Positions 27,582 through 36,812 of a stretch of 64,000 bases of DNA are shown here, one piece after another. This stretch comes from an uncultured delta proteobacterium (GTDB lineage Bacteria; Myxococcota_A; Polyangia; Polyangiales; Polyangiaceae). The notes below the pieces were generated by a model. It saw only the letters and a list, made by a program, of their open reading frames with translations. It made no database searches and was not told the DNA's origin. The position numbers and the translations under genes are program-made. The DNA is taken from contig CAWDXG010000001.1 in assembly GCA_963806225.1 (NCBI GenBank), positions 1,408,001-1,472,000 on the forward strand, written 5' to 3'. Position 1 is the stretch's first letter. Each line of letters opens with the position of its first letter.

Positions 27582-30293
27582 ATGCACACGCTCCAGGCCA
27601 TCTTCCCAGCGGACAATTTCTCCCTGCTGGTCGCCATCATCGCCCTTCCGCTGATTGGCGCGTTCGTCAACGGCGTCTTCGGAAAGCGCGCGGGCAAGGA
27701 GGCGGTGACGCTGATGGCGCTTTCCGCCGTCGCCATCCCGTTCCTCGCCAGCGTGGTCGCGTTCTTCATGCTCCAAAACGCCCAGACGGGCGAGCACGCC
27801 GCGCGTTTCGTCTGGTCGGGCTGGCACTGGGTGAGCGTTTCCGCCCAGCACGACCTCGGTACGGTGCCCGTCGAGGTGGCGTTCTCGATGGACGCGCTGA
27901 GCGCCACCATGGCGCTGATCGTCACCGGTGTGGGCTTCCTCATCCACCTGTACTCGACGCAGTACATGGCGGACGACCCGAGCTACCATCGCTTCTTCGC
28001 GTATCTGAACCTGTTCATCTTCTCGATGCTGGTTCTGATCCTCGGCGACAACCTGCCGGTGCTGTTCGTCGGTTGGGAAGGCGTGGGCCTTTGCAGCTAC
28101 CTGCTCATCGGCTTCTGGTTCGAGGACGACAAGAACGCGGCGGCAGGCAAGAAGGCCTTCATCACCAACCGCGTCGGCGACTTCGGCCTGCTCGTCGCGA
28201 TGGCGCTGCTCGTCTACTACTCGGGTGCGCTCGACTGGGCCGGCATCGAGGCCCATCGCCAGAGCCTGCTGACGCCCGTGCAGGTCTGGCCCATCGGCGA
28301 CCACGTGCCGCTGGCAGCGCTGTTGCCGCACAGCTGGGCACTGAAGATCAACGCGCCCGTGCGTGTCTCCGCTGCCACGCTGGTCGGTCTGGCATTGTTC
28401 CTCGGCTGCGCGGGCAAGAGCGCGCAGATCCCCCTGTACATCTGGCTGCCCGACGCCATGGCGGGTCCCACGCCGGTCAGCGCGCTGATCCACGCGGCCA
28501 CCATGGTCACCGCCGGCGTGTACCTCGTGTGCCGCATGTCGGACGTGTTCATCCTGAGCCCGGCGGCGATGTTCACGGTGGCGTTCATCGGTGCGTGCAC
28601 TGCGCTCTTCGCGGCGACCATCGCGGTGGTGCAGCACGACATCAAGAAGGTGCTGGCGTATTCCACGGTGAGCCAGCTCGGGTACATGTTCCTGGGCGTC
28701 GGGGTCGGTGCGTTCACCGCCGGCTTCTTCCACGTCATCACGCACGCGTTCTTCAAGGCCCTGCTCTTCCTCGGCGCTGGCTCGGTGATCCACGCCATGC
28801 ACGCGCGCGTGCATGATCACGATGCGTCTCAGGACATGCGCAACATGGGCGGTCTGCGCCGCTTCATGCCGACCACGTTCTGGACGTTCGGGGCGGCCTG
28901 GGCGGCGATCGTCGGCGTCCCGCTCACGGCGGGCTTCTTCTCCAAGGACGAGATCCTGCTCAAGTCCTTCACCTCGGCGATCAAATCGCCGGTGCCGGGC
29001 GGCGTGATCACCGCGGGGCCTTACAGCGTCAAGCTGTTCGAGTGGCCGAGCTGGGGGCCGACGTTCCTGTACGTCGTCGGCGCCTCCGCTGCCGTGCTCA
29101 CGGCCTTCTACATGACGCGGCTCGTGATCGGCATCTTCTACGGCGACTTCAAGGGCTGGACCATCGTCAAGGGCTTCAAGGCGCCCGAGGGCGAGCGCGG
29201 GCACGAGCACCACGCGCACGACGAACCGCTCGAGGGCCCGGCGCCGAAGGAATCGCCGTGGCAGATGACAGTGCCGCTCATGATCCTCGGCGTGCTGTCG
29301 CTGGTCGGCGGCTTCTTCAACGCCGGGCCGCTGCACATCACGCCGCTCGATCACTTCCTCGAGCCGGTGTTCGCGCCCGCCAAGGAAGGCGGCGCCGTGG
29401 CTGCCGTGCGCTCCGCGGGCTCGTGGGAAATGACCCTGCTCGGCGTCGCGGTCCTGTGTTTCCTGGCCGGCGCGGGCGTCGCGTACTGGGCCTACCTGAT
29501 GCAGAAGGGCGAGCCGACCCGGAAGCTGCGCGAGCAGTTCCCGGGCCTCTACGCCCTGGTCTACGACAAGTGGCGCATCGACGAGCTGTACGAGGAGACG
29601 ATCATCGGCGCGGTGGACTCACTGGCCGAGTTCAGCGTGTGGTTCGACAAGTGGGTGATCGACGGCATCGTTGCGCAGCTGACCAGCTTCATCGTCGCGG
29701 CGGCGGGCACCGGGCTGCGCTTCGTGCAGACGGGCCGCGTGCAGGCGTACGCCGCGGTGATGGTCGTGGGCGTCGGTGGGCTCGGCTGGTTCTTCGTCGC
29801 GCCGCACCCGACCGCCAAGGTCACGCGCGACAACGCGGACGGCAAGTACAGCATCGCGGCCGCGCCTGGCCTCGGCTACAGCTACCGCTGGGACGCTGAC
29901 GGCGACGGCAAGTGGGACAGCGACAAGTTCGGTGACCAGGCGAGCGTCGAGTTCACGCTCGATATCGACAAGAAGCGTGTCGTGCGGCTCGAGGTGAAGA
30001 ACGCGTTCGGTCGCGTCGGAGAGCGGCACTTCCGCTTCCACCGTCCGAAGCCGGACAAGTCCGGCGTGCTGGACACGACCGCCATCGACGTGCAGCGCGG
30101 CGCTGACGGCAAGCTGTACGGCGTTCCGCACGGGCAGCCCGCGCCGCAGGGCACAGCGGCACCGAACAACGGGAACGCGATGAACCGCATCATGCGCCTG
30201 CTCAAGCAACGCCAGGGCGCGCTGCCGGGACAGCCGGCGCAGCCCGCCGCTCCACCGCCACAGCCGGCGCCCCAGCCGGGAGGTGCGCGATGA
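27582..30293 (+). CDS. nuoL: NADH-quinone oxidoreductase subunit L with a 164-aa C-terminal extension
   Basis: Motifs 'GWEGVGLCSYLLIGFW', 'GKSAQIPL..WLPDAMAGPTPVSALIHAATMV' and 'QTGRVQAYA'. An extra soluble domain follows the last TM helix. Confidence 0.96.
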   Translation: MHTLQAIFPADNFSLLVAIIALPLIGAFVNGVFGKRAGKEAVTLMALSAVAIPFLASVVAFFMLQNAQTGEHAARFVWSGWHWVSVSAQHDLGTVPVEVAFSMDALSATMALIVTGVGFLIHLYSTQYMADDPSYHRFFAYLNLFIFSMLVLILGDNLPVLFVGWEGVGLCSYLLIGFWFEDDKNAAAGKKAFITNRVGDFGLLVAMALLVYYSGALDWAGIEAHRQSLLTPVQVWPIGDHVPLAALLPHSWALKINAPVRVSAATLVGLALFLGCAGKSAQIPLYIWLPDAMAGPTPVSALIHAATMVTAGVYLVCRMSDVFILSPAAMFTVAFIGACTALFAATIAVVQHDIKKVLAYSTVSQLGYMFLGVGVGAFTAGFFHVITHAFFKALLFLGAGSVIHAMHARVHDHDASQDMRNMGGLRRFMPTTFWTFGAAWAAIVGVPLTAGFFSKDEILLKSFTSAIKSPVPGGVITAGPYSVKLFEWPSWGPTFLYVVGASAAVLTAFYMTRLVIGIFYGDFKGWTIVKGFKAPEGERGHEHHAHDEPLEGPAPKESPWQMTVPLMILGVLSLVGGFFNAGPLHITPLDHFLEPVFAPAKEGGAVAAVRSAGSWEMTLLGVAVLCFLAGAGVAYWAYLMQKGEPTRKLREQFPGLYALVYDKWRIDELYEETIIGAVDSLAEFSVWFDKWVIDGIVAQLTSFIVAAAGTGLRFVQTGRVQAYAAVMVVGVGGLGWFFVAPHPTAKVTRDNADGKYSIAAAPGLGYSYRWDADGDGKWDSDKFGDQASVEFTLDIDKKRVVRLEVKNAFGRVGERHFRFHRPKPDKSGVLDTTAIDVQRGADGKLYGVPHGQPAPQGTAAPNNGNAMNRIMRLLKQRQGALPGQPAQPAAPPPQPAPQPGGAR

Positions 30294-32158
30294 GCCCGCT
30301 TGGCAAGGGCCTGTTCGAGATCTGGCCGTACGTCGCGGCCCTGATCGTCGGTATGGCCGTTCCGCGCCGCCGGCGCTGGCTCGAGCGCATCACCATTGGC
30401 ATCGTGGCCATGCTCGGCGTCACGCTGGTCATCGGACTGTGGCCCGGGACGCAGGCCGAGGCGACCCGCGCCGACGAGTGGCACCAGCTGCTGAACGTGA
30501 TCGTCTTCGTGCCGATCCTCGGCGCCATTGCGGTGCTGTTCATGCCACGGCAGGCGCCGAAGCTGCTCCGGCGCTTCACGATGGCGCTGCTCCTGCTCGA
30601 CTTCGTGGTCTCGCTCTGGCTGCTCGGCGTGCCCATGAGCATGGGCTGGCACTTCCAGTACATCCGGCCCTGGATGCCCAGCTTCGGCATCCGTTATCAC
30701 GTCGCCGTCGATGGCATCAGCGTGTGGCTGGTGCTGCTCACCACGCTCACGGCGCCCATCGCGGCGTACGTGTCGTTCGGCTCGCTCAAGCACAAGACGA
30801 AGGATCTGGCCTTTAGCCTGCTCCTCTTGCAGGGCGCGATGCTCGGCGCGTTCGTGTCGCTGGATCTGTTCCTGTTCTACGTGTTCTGGGAGCTGATGCT
30901 GGTGCCGATGCTGGTCCTGATCGGCGTCTGGGGCGGCGTCGAGAAGATCAAGGCGGCCTACAAGTTCTTCCTCTACACGATGGCGGGCAGCATGCTGATG
31001 CTCGCCGCCATCCTGTACATGGTGTGGCAGCACAAGCAGCTCGCTGGCTACTGGAGCTTCGACTACCTGGCCCTGCAGCGGCTGGTCCTGCCGCACACGG
31101 TGGCCTGGCTGTGCTTTGGAGCCTTCGCGCTGGCCTTCGTGATCAAGGTGCCGATGTTCCCGCTGCACACGTGGCTGCCGGATGCGCACACGCAGGCACC
31201 GACGGGCGGTTCGATCATCCTGGCCGCCGTGCTGCTGAAGCTCGGCACCTACGGCTACATCCGTTTCTGCATGGGCCTGTTCCCGGGTCCCGCATGGAGC
31301 GCCGGCCCCAACCTGGCCGGGATCGCCGTCGGCGGCGGTATCCTGTACGGCGCTCTGGTCGCGTGGAAGCAGAACGACGTGAAGCGGCTGGTGGCCTATT
31401 CGTCGGTGGCGCACCTCGGCTTCTGCATGCTCGGTCTGTTCTCGGCGACGCATGCCGGCGTCGAGGGCTCGATCCTGCAGATGGTCAACCACGGCATCTC
31501 GACGGGCGCGCTGTTCCTTCTCGTCGGCGTGATCTACGACCGCCGCCACACGCGCGAGGTGCGCGAGTTCGGTGGCCTCGCCAAGGTGATGCCGGTCTAT
31601 GCCGCCATATTCCTGATCGTCACGATGGCAAGCGTCGGCGTGCCGGGTACCAACGGCTTCGTCGGTGAGTTCATGGTGATCATGGGCACCTTCGTGTCGA
31701 TGCCGCTGGGTCACAACGGCGAGCTGCAGGCGGTCCTGGCTACGGCGGGCGTCATCCTGGCGGCTGTCTACATGCTGACCGTGGTGCAGAAGATGTTCTT
31801 CGGCCCGCTGACGAACCCGAAGAACAAGAAGCTCAAGGACCTGAATGTTCGCGAGTCCATCGCCCTCGCTCCGCTCATCGTGATGATCTTCGTGATCGGT
31901 CTTTTCCCGTCGATCTTCGTTTCCCGCATGACGCCCAGCGTGGACGCCCTGCTCGATCACTATCAGGACGGGCGGCGCGCCTACCTGGCGACGCCCCCCG
32001 AGTCGACCCAGGCGTCGCTGGCGCCACGCCGGGGTGGTCCGCTCGAACGCGGGTATCCGAAATCGCCTGAAGAGCTGAAGAAGCAGGCCGAAGAGGCCGG
32101 AGGCAGCGCGCAGGCGCTCAACACGAAAGCCGCCGCTGGCACGGAGGGCGCGAAGTGA
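30290..32158 (+). CDS. nuoM: NADH-quinone oxidoreductase subunit M with N- and C-terminal extensions
   Basis: Motifs 'FYVFWELML.PM', 'KVPMFPLHTWLPDAH.QAPT' and 'AYSSVAHLG'. GGAGG RBS and ATGA overlap with nuoL. Confidence 0.96.
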   Translation: MSPLGKGLFEIWPYVAALIVGMAVPRRRRWLERITIGIVAMLGVTLVIGLWPGTQAEATRADEWHQLLNVIVFVPILGAIAVLFMPRQAPKLLRRFTMALLLLDFVVSLWLLGVPMSMGWHFQYIRPWMPSFGIRYHVAVDGISVWLVLLTTLTAPIAAYVSFGSLKHKTKDLAFSLLLLQGAMLGAFVSLDLFLFYVFWELMLVPMLVLIGVWGGVEKIKAAYKFFLYTMAGSMLMLAAILYMVWQHKQLAGYWSFDYLALQRLVLPHTVAWLCFGAFALAFVIKVPMFPLHTWLPDAHTQAPTGGSIILAAVLLKLGTYGYIRFCMGLFPGPAWSAGPNLAGIAVGGGILYGALVAWKQNDVKRLVAYSSVAHLGFCMLGLFSATHAGVEGSILQMVNHGISTGALFLLVGVIYDRRHTREVREFGGLAKVMPVYAAIFLIVTMASVGVPGTNGFVGEFMVIMGTFVSMPLGHNGELQAVLATAGVILAAVYMLTVVQKMFFGPLTNPKNKKLKDLNVRESIALAPLIVMIFVIGLFPSIFVSRMTPSVDALLDHYQDGRRAYLATPPESTQASLAPRRGGPLERGYPKSPEELKKQAEEAGGSAQALNTKAAAGTEGAK

Positions 32159-33702
32159 TGAACCTCGTCTTCGGCCTGTCGCCGTTCCTCGCGGTCGGCT
32201 TCGGCGCGCTGCTCCTGATGATAGCCGAGGCACTGGGGCGCCCCGCGCCGGATGCCGAGGGCGTCACGGCGGAGGGCGTCGTGCTCGACGCCGGCTCTGG
32301 CCGCGCCCCCGAGCTGGCGCTTGTCAGCGCAGTGATCCTGTTCGCCGGTGCGGTGTTCAGCGTCTCGCTCTGGATGATCGGTCCGGAGCACCTCAAGGGG
32401 CTGCAGGCGGTCGCGCCGTACCTGCTCATCGACCGGTTCTCCGTCTTCTTCGCCTTTGTGCTGTGCCTCGGTGGCGGTCTGGCGGCTCTGCTCGCCGGCG
32501 GCTACCTGCCCGAGCACAGGATCGACCGCAGCGAATACTTCCCGCTGCTCCTGCTCTCGACCTTCGGCGCGATGGCGCTCGCCGCATCGGGCGATCTGCT
32601 CAGCCTATTTATCGGGCTGGAGACGATGTCGCTCGGCGTCTATTGCCTCATCGGACTCCGGCGCGGCAGCTCGCGCGCGTCCGAGGCGGCGGTGAAGTAC
32701 TTCCTGCTCGGCAGCTTCGCCGCGGCCCTGACTCTGTTCGGCGCGGCGCTTCTGTACGGCGCGACGGGTCACACCGATCTGGTCGGCATCGGCAAGGCCA
32801 TCACCAGCATCGGTCAGGCCGGCAGCGTGGTCAGCACGCCTACCGTGCTGATCGCCGTGGTGCTCGTGATCGCCGGGTTGGCGTTCAAGGTCAGCGCGGT
32901 GCCGTTCCACATGTGGACGCCCGACGCGTATGAGGGTGCGCCCACGCCCACGACGACGTACATGGCCGTGGCGGTCAAGGCGGCGGCGTTCGCTATCCTG
33001 CTCCGGGTGCTGCTGGTCGCGTTCGGCGATCCACGGCTCATGAGCTGGGGCAGCGGTTGGCCGCCGGTCATCGCGCTGCTCGCCGTGCTGACGATGACCG
33101 TCGCCAACCTGATCGCGGGTCGTCAGGAATCGGTCAAGCGCATGCTGGCCTACTCGTCCATCGCGCACGCCGGCTACATCCTCATCGGCGTCGTGGCCGC
33201 GATGCGTGGCGCGGAAGGCCAGGAGAGCGTCCTCTTCTACCTGCTTGCGTACACCGTCTCCACGGCGGGTGCGTTCGGTGCGCTGATTCTGTGCGGTCGC
33301 CGTGGCGCCGAAGCGGTCAGCTACGAGGATCTCGCGGGGCTCGGCAAGCGCCACCCGGCGGTTGCGCTCGCCTTCTCGCTGTTCCTGCTGTCCCTGGCCG
33401 GCATTCCGCCGACGGTCGGCTTCTTCGGCAAGCTGTACGTGTTCCGCGCGGCGATCGACGCACAGCTGTACGCGTTGGCGGTCATCGGCCTGCTCAACAG
33501 CGTGGTGGGCGCCTACTACTACCTGCGCGTGATGGTCTACATGTACTTCCGCGAGCCCGCGCCGGGCGCTCCCCAGGCCACGCCGATGAGCTCCGGCATG
33601 GTCACCGCGGCGCTGATCATTACGGCAGTGCTGGTGCTGGCGCTCGGCATCCTCCCCGGCGCTTCGCTCAAGATGGTCGTCGGCGCCGTCGCCGGCGGCT
33701 GA
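32155..33702 (+). CDS. nuoN: NADH-quinone oxidoreductase subunit N
   Basis: Motifs 'EAAVKYFLLG', 'FKVSAVPFHMWTPDAYEGAPT', 'KRMLAYSSIAHAGY' and 'SLAGIPP'. Confidence 0.96.
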   Translation: MMNLVFGLSPFLAVGFGALLLMIAEALGRPAPDAEGVTAEGVVLDAGSGRAPELALVSAVILFAGAVFSVSLWMIGPEHLKGLQAVAPYLLIDRFSVFFAFVLCLGGGLAALLAGGYLPEHRIDRSEYFPLLLLSTFGAMALAASGDLLSLFIGLETMSLGVYCLIGLRRGSSRASEAAVKYFLLGSFAAALTLFGAALLYGATGHTDLVGIGKAITSIGQAGSVVSTPTVLIAVVLVIAGLAFKVSAVPFHMWTPDAYEGAPTPTTTYMAVAVKAAAFAILLRVLLVAFGDPRLMSWGSGWPPVIALLAVLTMTVANLIAGRQESVKRMLAYSSIAHAGYILIGVVAAMRGAEGQESVLFYLLAYTVSTAGAFGALILCGRRGAEAVSYEDLAGLGKRHPAVALAFSLFLLSLAGIPPTVGFFGKLYVFRAAIDAQLYALAVIGLLNSVVGAYYYLRVMVYMYFREPAPGAPQATPMSSGMVTAALIITAVLVLALGILPGASLKMVVGAVAGG

Positions 33703-33711
33703 CAAGTCACA

Positions 33712-33787
33712 TCCGACCTGCCCACCCCCGCCGTAGTCCTCCGCCGGGGGCTCACCGTCCCAGGACCCCCGACGCGATTCGCGTCGC
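33712..33787. repeat. 76-bp dispersed intergenic repeat, copy 2 (inverted relative to copy 1)
   Basis: Its reverse complement matches 22471-22546 at 69/76 positions. Confidence 0.9.
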
Positions 33788-33807
33788 CGCCGCTCGGTGG
33801 GATCTAC

Positions 33808-34440
33808 CTAGCGCACCACGAGGAACTCGAGCGGCTGGCGCGGTCCGCCGACGACGAAGGGATCGTAGACGAGGTGGATCCCGGTCGCGTCGCGCGGCAG
33901 TTCGAACGTGATCCAGCCATGTGCCTTGTCGCCCTTCTTCATCCGCATCGAATCCAGCGCCGGGCGGCAGCCGCCGAAGGTGGGCGTGTAGCTGCGATGC
34001 CGTGAGTCATGCAGGGTGGCGTAGAAGGGGCTCACCCGGAGCTCGTTGTCGGACGTGCTCTCGAGCTTGACCTCCACGCCGAGCCACATGTTGCCTTGGC
34101 GCGGCTGGTAGTACTCCTTGGACCGGCACTCCTTCACGGACACGAGCTTCATCCGGTAGTCCGGAGCTTCGACGTTCTCGCCTATCGGGTTCGCGGGTCC
34201 CTTCTGCTCCTGTCCCGTTCCCGCTTCGGCCATCTCGGTGGCCGCCGGGATCGCGCTCTGGATGCTGTGCGGGGCGCTCGAGCCGGGCGCGGCGCTCGCC
34301 GCCGCGGAGCTCGACGCCGCGGTGCCGGCGTGCGTGCCGTGCTTGCAACCCGGAAGCAGCCAGGAGAGCACCAACGCAGCGGCGGCCAGGCCGCGCGGCA
34401 GCGCGATATGCCCGGCTTTTCCAGCTGTTTCCGACGACAC
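33808..34440 (-). CDS. DUF4352-like lipoprotein, paralog 3
   Basis: Lipobox LPGC. 'WLGVEV...PFYATL.D...Y...CRPAL...GDKAHGWITFELP...LVYDP'. Start inferred. Confidence 0.8.
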   Translation of the reverse strand: MSSETAGKAGHIALPRGLAAAALVLSWLLPGCKHGTHAGTAASSSAAASAAPGSSAPHSIQSAIPAATEMAEAGTGQEQKGPANPIGENVEAPDYRMKLVSVKECRSKEYYQPRQGNMWLGVEVKLESTSDNELRVSPFYATLHDSRHRSYTPTFGGCRPALDSMRMKKGDKAHGWITFELPRDATGIHLVYDPFVVGGPRQPLEFLVVR

Positions 34441-34466
34441 GGCTCTTCCCTTGTTTCCCCTGGTCC

Positions 34467-34994
34467 TCAACGCCCGAGATCGAAGTGTACTTCCTGGTGC
34501 TGATGACCGGGCACGCGAGGATCGTAGCGGAACACCAGCCCGGAGGCGTGCTCGCGGATCTCGAAGGTGACCAGACCGTGCGCTGTCGCCCCGCGCGCCA
34601 GCGGCGGGTGCGACAATGCCGGTTTGCAGCCGTCGAACCGCGCGCGGTAGCTCCGGCCATCGGCGTCGGTCAGCCGCGCGTAGAACGGATTCGCCGGCAC
34701 GGGCGTGTCCGTGAGCGCTTCGAGCGAAACCTCGACCCCCAGCCAGGCATGACCCTTGTCGGGCTGTTCGAAAGCGAGGGGCGGGCACTGCCGGACGCCG
34801 TCGACGGTCATCCGGTACAGGCTTGTCCGGATCTGCCGCCCGATCTCCACGCCCGTGCTGGACGAAGCGGCCGGCGTCTGTCCGCCGTCGGCGGAGGTCG
34901 AGCCGAGCGCATCCAGTCGCTGGCAGCCCGCAAATGCCACGGCGCCCGCCAGGCCTAGTAGCCAGCGGGCGCCGGGTGGACGGGTGCGACGCAT
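34467..34994 (-). CDS. DUF4352-like lipoprotein, paralog 2
   Basis: Lipobox FAGC. 'WLGVEV...NPFYARL.D.DG..Y...CKPAL...GATAHGLVTFEI...FRYDP...FDLGR'. Confidence 0.8.
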   Translation of the reverse strand: MRRTRPPGARWLLGLAGAVAFAGCQRLDALGSTSADGGQTPAASSSTGVEIGRQIRTSLYRMTVDGVRQCPPLAFEQPDKGHAWLGVEVSLEALTDTPVPANPFYARLTDADGRSYRARFDGCKPALSHPPLARGATAHGLVTFEIREHASGLVFRYDPRVPGHQHQEVHFDLGR

Positions 34995-35023
34995 CGGGGG
35001 ATGCCGGCTCGCGCCGGGCAAGC

Positions 35024-35578
35024 CTAGCGACCCAGGTCGAACTTGATGGTCTGCGACGCGCCGAACAGGCTCGGGTTGTAGCTCAGCTTGAGGCCCGACG
35101 ACGCCTTCGGGATCTCGAACACGACCCAGCCCTTGGCCTTCTCGCCCTTGGCCAGCTGCGTGCCCTTCAGCGTCGGATCACAGTCCTTGGTCGACCTGTA
35201 CGACGGGTTGTAGGCGATGCCCTCGCCGTCCGTGATCTTGGCGTTGCCGGGGTTGGCGAAGAAGGGCTTGTCGGCGGATGACTCGACCAGGAGCTCCACG
35301 CCGATCCAGATGTTCCCCTTCTTGGGCTTGCTGAAGTAGTACTTGTTCTTGCACTGCTTCACGTTCGACACGGTCAGCTTGAAGTCGAGCGCCGAACCGG
35401 TATCGCCAACCTTGTAGACCTTGTTGGTGACCTTCGGAGCGGTTGCCGTGGGAGCGGCCGTCGTAGCCGCGGTCGTCACGGTCGGGGCCGGCGCCTTCTT
35501 TTTCTTGCAGGCGAGAAGCGAGCCCGCGACGAGGGCGGCGCATGCGAAAACGGTCAGGGTGTTGGCGCGAGTGCTCAT
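35024..35578 (-). CDS. DUF4352-like lipoprotein, paralog 1
   Basis: Lipobox LLAC. 'WIGVEL...ANP..AKITDGEG..Y...CDPTL...GEKAKGWVVFEIP...LSYNP...FDLGR'. Confidence 0.85.
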   Translation of the reverse strand: MSTRANTLTVFACAALVAGSLLACKKKKAPAPTVTTAATTAAPTATAPKVTNKVYKVGDTGSALDFKLTVSNVKQCKNKYYFSKPKKGNIWIGVELLVESSADKPFFANPGNAKITDGEGIAYNPSYRSTKDCDPTLKGTQLAKGEKAKGWVVFEIPKASSGLKLSYNPSLFGASQTIKFDLGR

Positions 35579-35882
35579 TGCCGGCGAACCTTTCGTCAGG
35601 TGGTTCCGGGCCTCCCCGGAGCGCGGCGACCTTACACGAGCCGTCAGCGCTTTTGAAGCAGGATCCAGCCGAAATGGAAAAGGACAACCAGGGAAGACTG
35701 GCCAAGTGGCCGGGAACGCCGCCGCGGATGCCCTACTGGATCGGGTCCGAAGCTTGCTAGCTTCGGACCACGCTGCCTGGTACGCCGCGCCCAGCAGTTT
35801 CTTCCGTCTTTCCGCAAGCCCCCGGGCAACGCCGGGGGGCCGTGTCCAGCGCCGCCCCCGAACGGCGCGTCGAGGAGCTTCC

Positions 35883-36812
35883 GTGAACCGATCGCATGCT
35901 GCCGTTCTTGCCACCGTTGTTGTCGCTGCTGCCATCCCGGGGGCACTAGCGGGCTGCAAGCACCCGGCTCACGGCTCGGCGGCGGCGGGGTCGGCCAGCG
36001 CGGCGTCGACCAGCGCGGCTCCGGCCACGTCGGCGCCGCGGGCTATCCCGGTGCCCGCAAAAGTGGTCCAGCAGGCCGTCAATCCCAAGGGCGCCAAGCC
36101 GTACGCCGGTCCCACGGGGACCCTGGCCGGCACCATCACGATCAGTGGCGATCCGCCTCCCGAACAGTCGAAGGTGCTCGAGAGCATCCCGGCCAAGTGC
36201 GCCCGCGCGCCCGGGATGTACGGCAAGCTGTTCCGGGTCGACGCGCAGGGGCACCTGGCCGACGCCCTCGTGACGGTGACCGGCTACCAGGGCTTCGTGC
36301 CGGCCCAGGCGGACGCGAAGACCGTGACGGGGCGCGGCTGTGCCTGGGACACCCGCACCATTGCGCTGACGTTCGGCCAGAAGCTGCAGGTGAAGTCACG
36401 CGGCCGCACGGCCTATGTGCCGGAGCTTCGGGGCGGGCACATGGCGTCGCAGATGGTGGCGATCCCGGGCGGCTCGGCGGTCACGCTGCTCCCGAACCAG
36501 GTGGGGCGGTTCCAGCTGGTCGACAGCATGCACCTGTTCATGGAGGCGGACGTTCTGGTGCTGAAGTACGCGACGTTCGATGTGACCGGACCGGACGGCG
36601 CCTACGAGATCAAGGGCGTTCCGGCGGGAGGCGAAGTCACGCTCACGGCCTTCCTGCCGCAGATCATGGCGCACGTGGATCGCAAGGTGAAGGTCGAGCC
36701 GGGCAAGACGACGCGGGTCGATCTGCAGCTCGAGTACAAGAAGCCGGCAGAGCCCGCAAAGCCTGCTGCCAGCACGAAGCCCGGCTCGAAGCCGGTGCCC
36801 GTCATTCGTTGA
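35883..36812 (+). CDS. Lipoprotein with carboxypeptidase-regulatory-like / cupredoxin-like beta domains
   Basis: Lipobox LAGC. Motifs 'GTLAGTITISG', 'LADALVTV', 'GCAW' and 'VTGPDGAYEIKGVPAG'. Confidence 0.75.
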   Translation: MNRSHAAVLATVVVAAAIPGALAGCKHPAHGSAAAGSASAASTSAAPATSAPRAIPVPAKVVQQAVNPKGAKPYAGPTGTLAGTITISGDPPPEQSKVLESIPAKCARAPGMYGKLFRVDAQGHLADALVTVTGYQGFVPAQADAKTVTGRGCAWDTRTIALTFGQKLQVKSRGRTAYVPELRGGHMASQMVAIPGGSAVTLLPNQVGRFQLVDSMHLFMEADVLVLKYATFDVTGPDGAYEIKGVPAGGEVTLTAFLPQIMAHVDRKVKVEPGKTTRVDLQLEYKKPAEPAKPAASTKPGSKPVPVIR

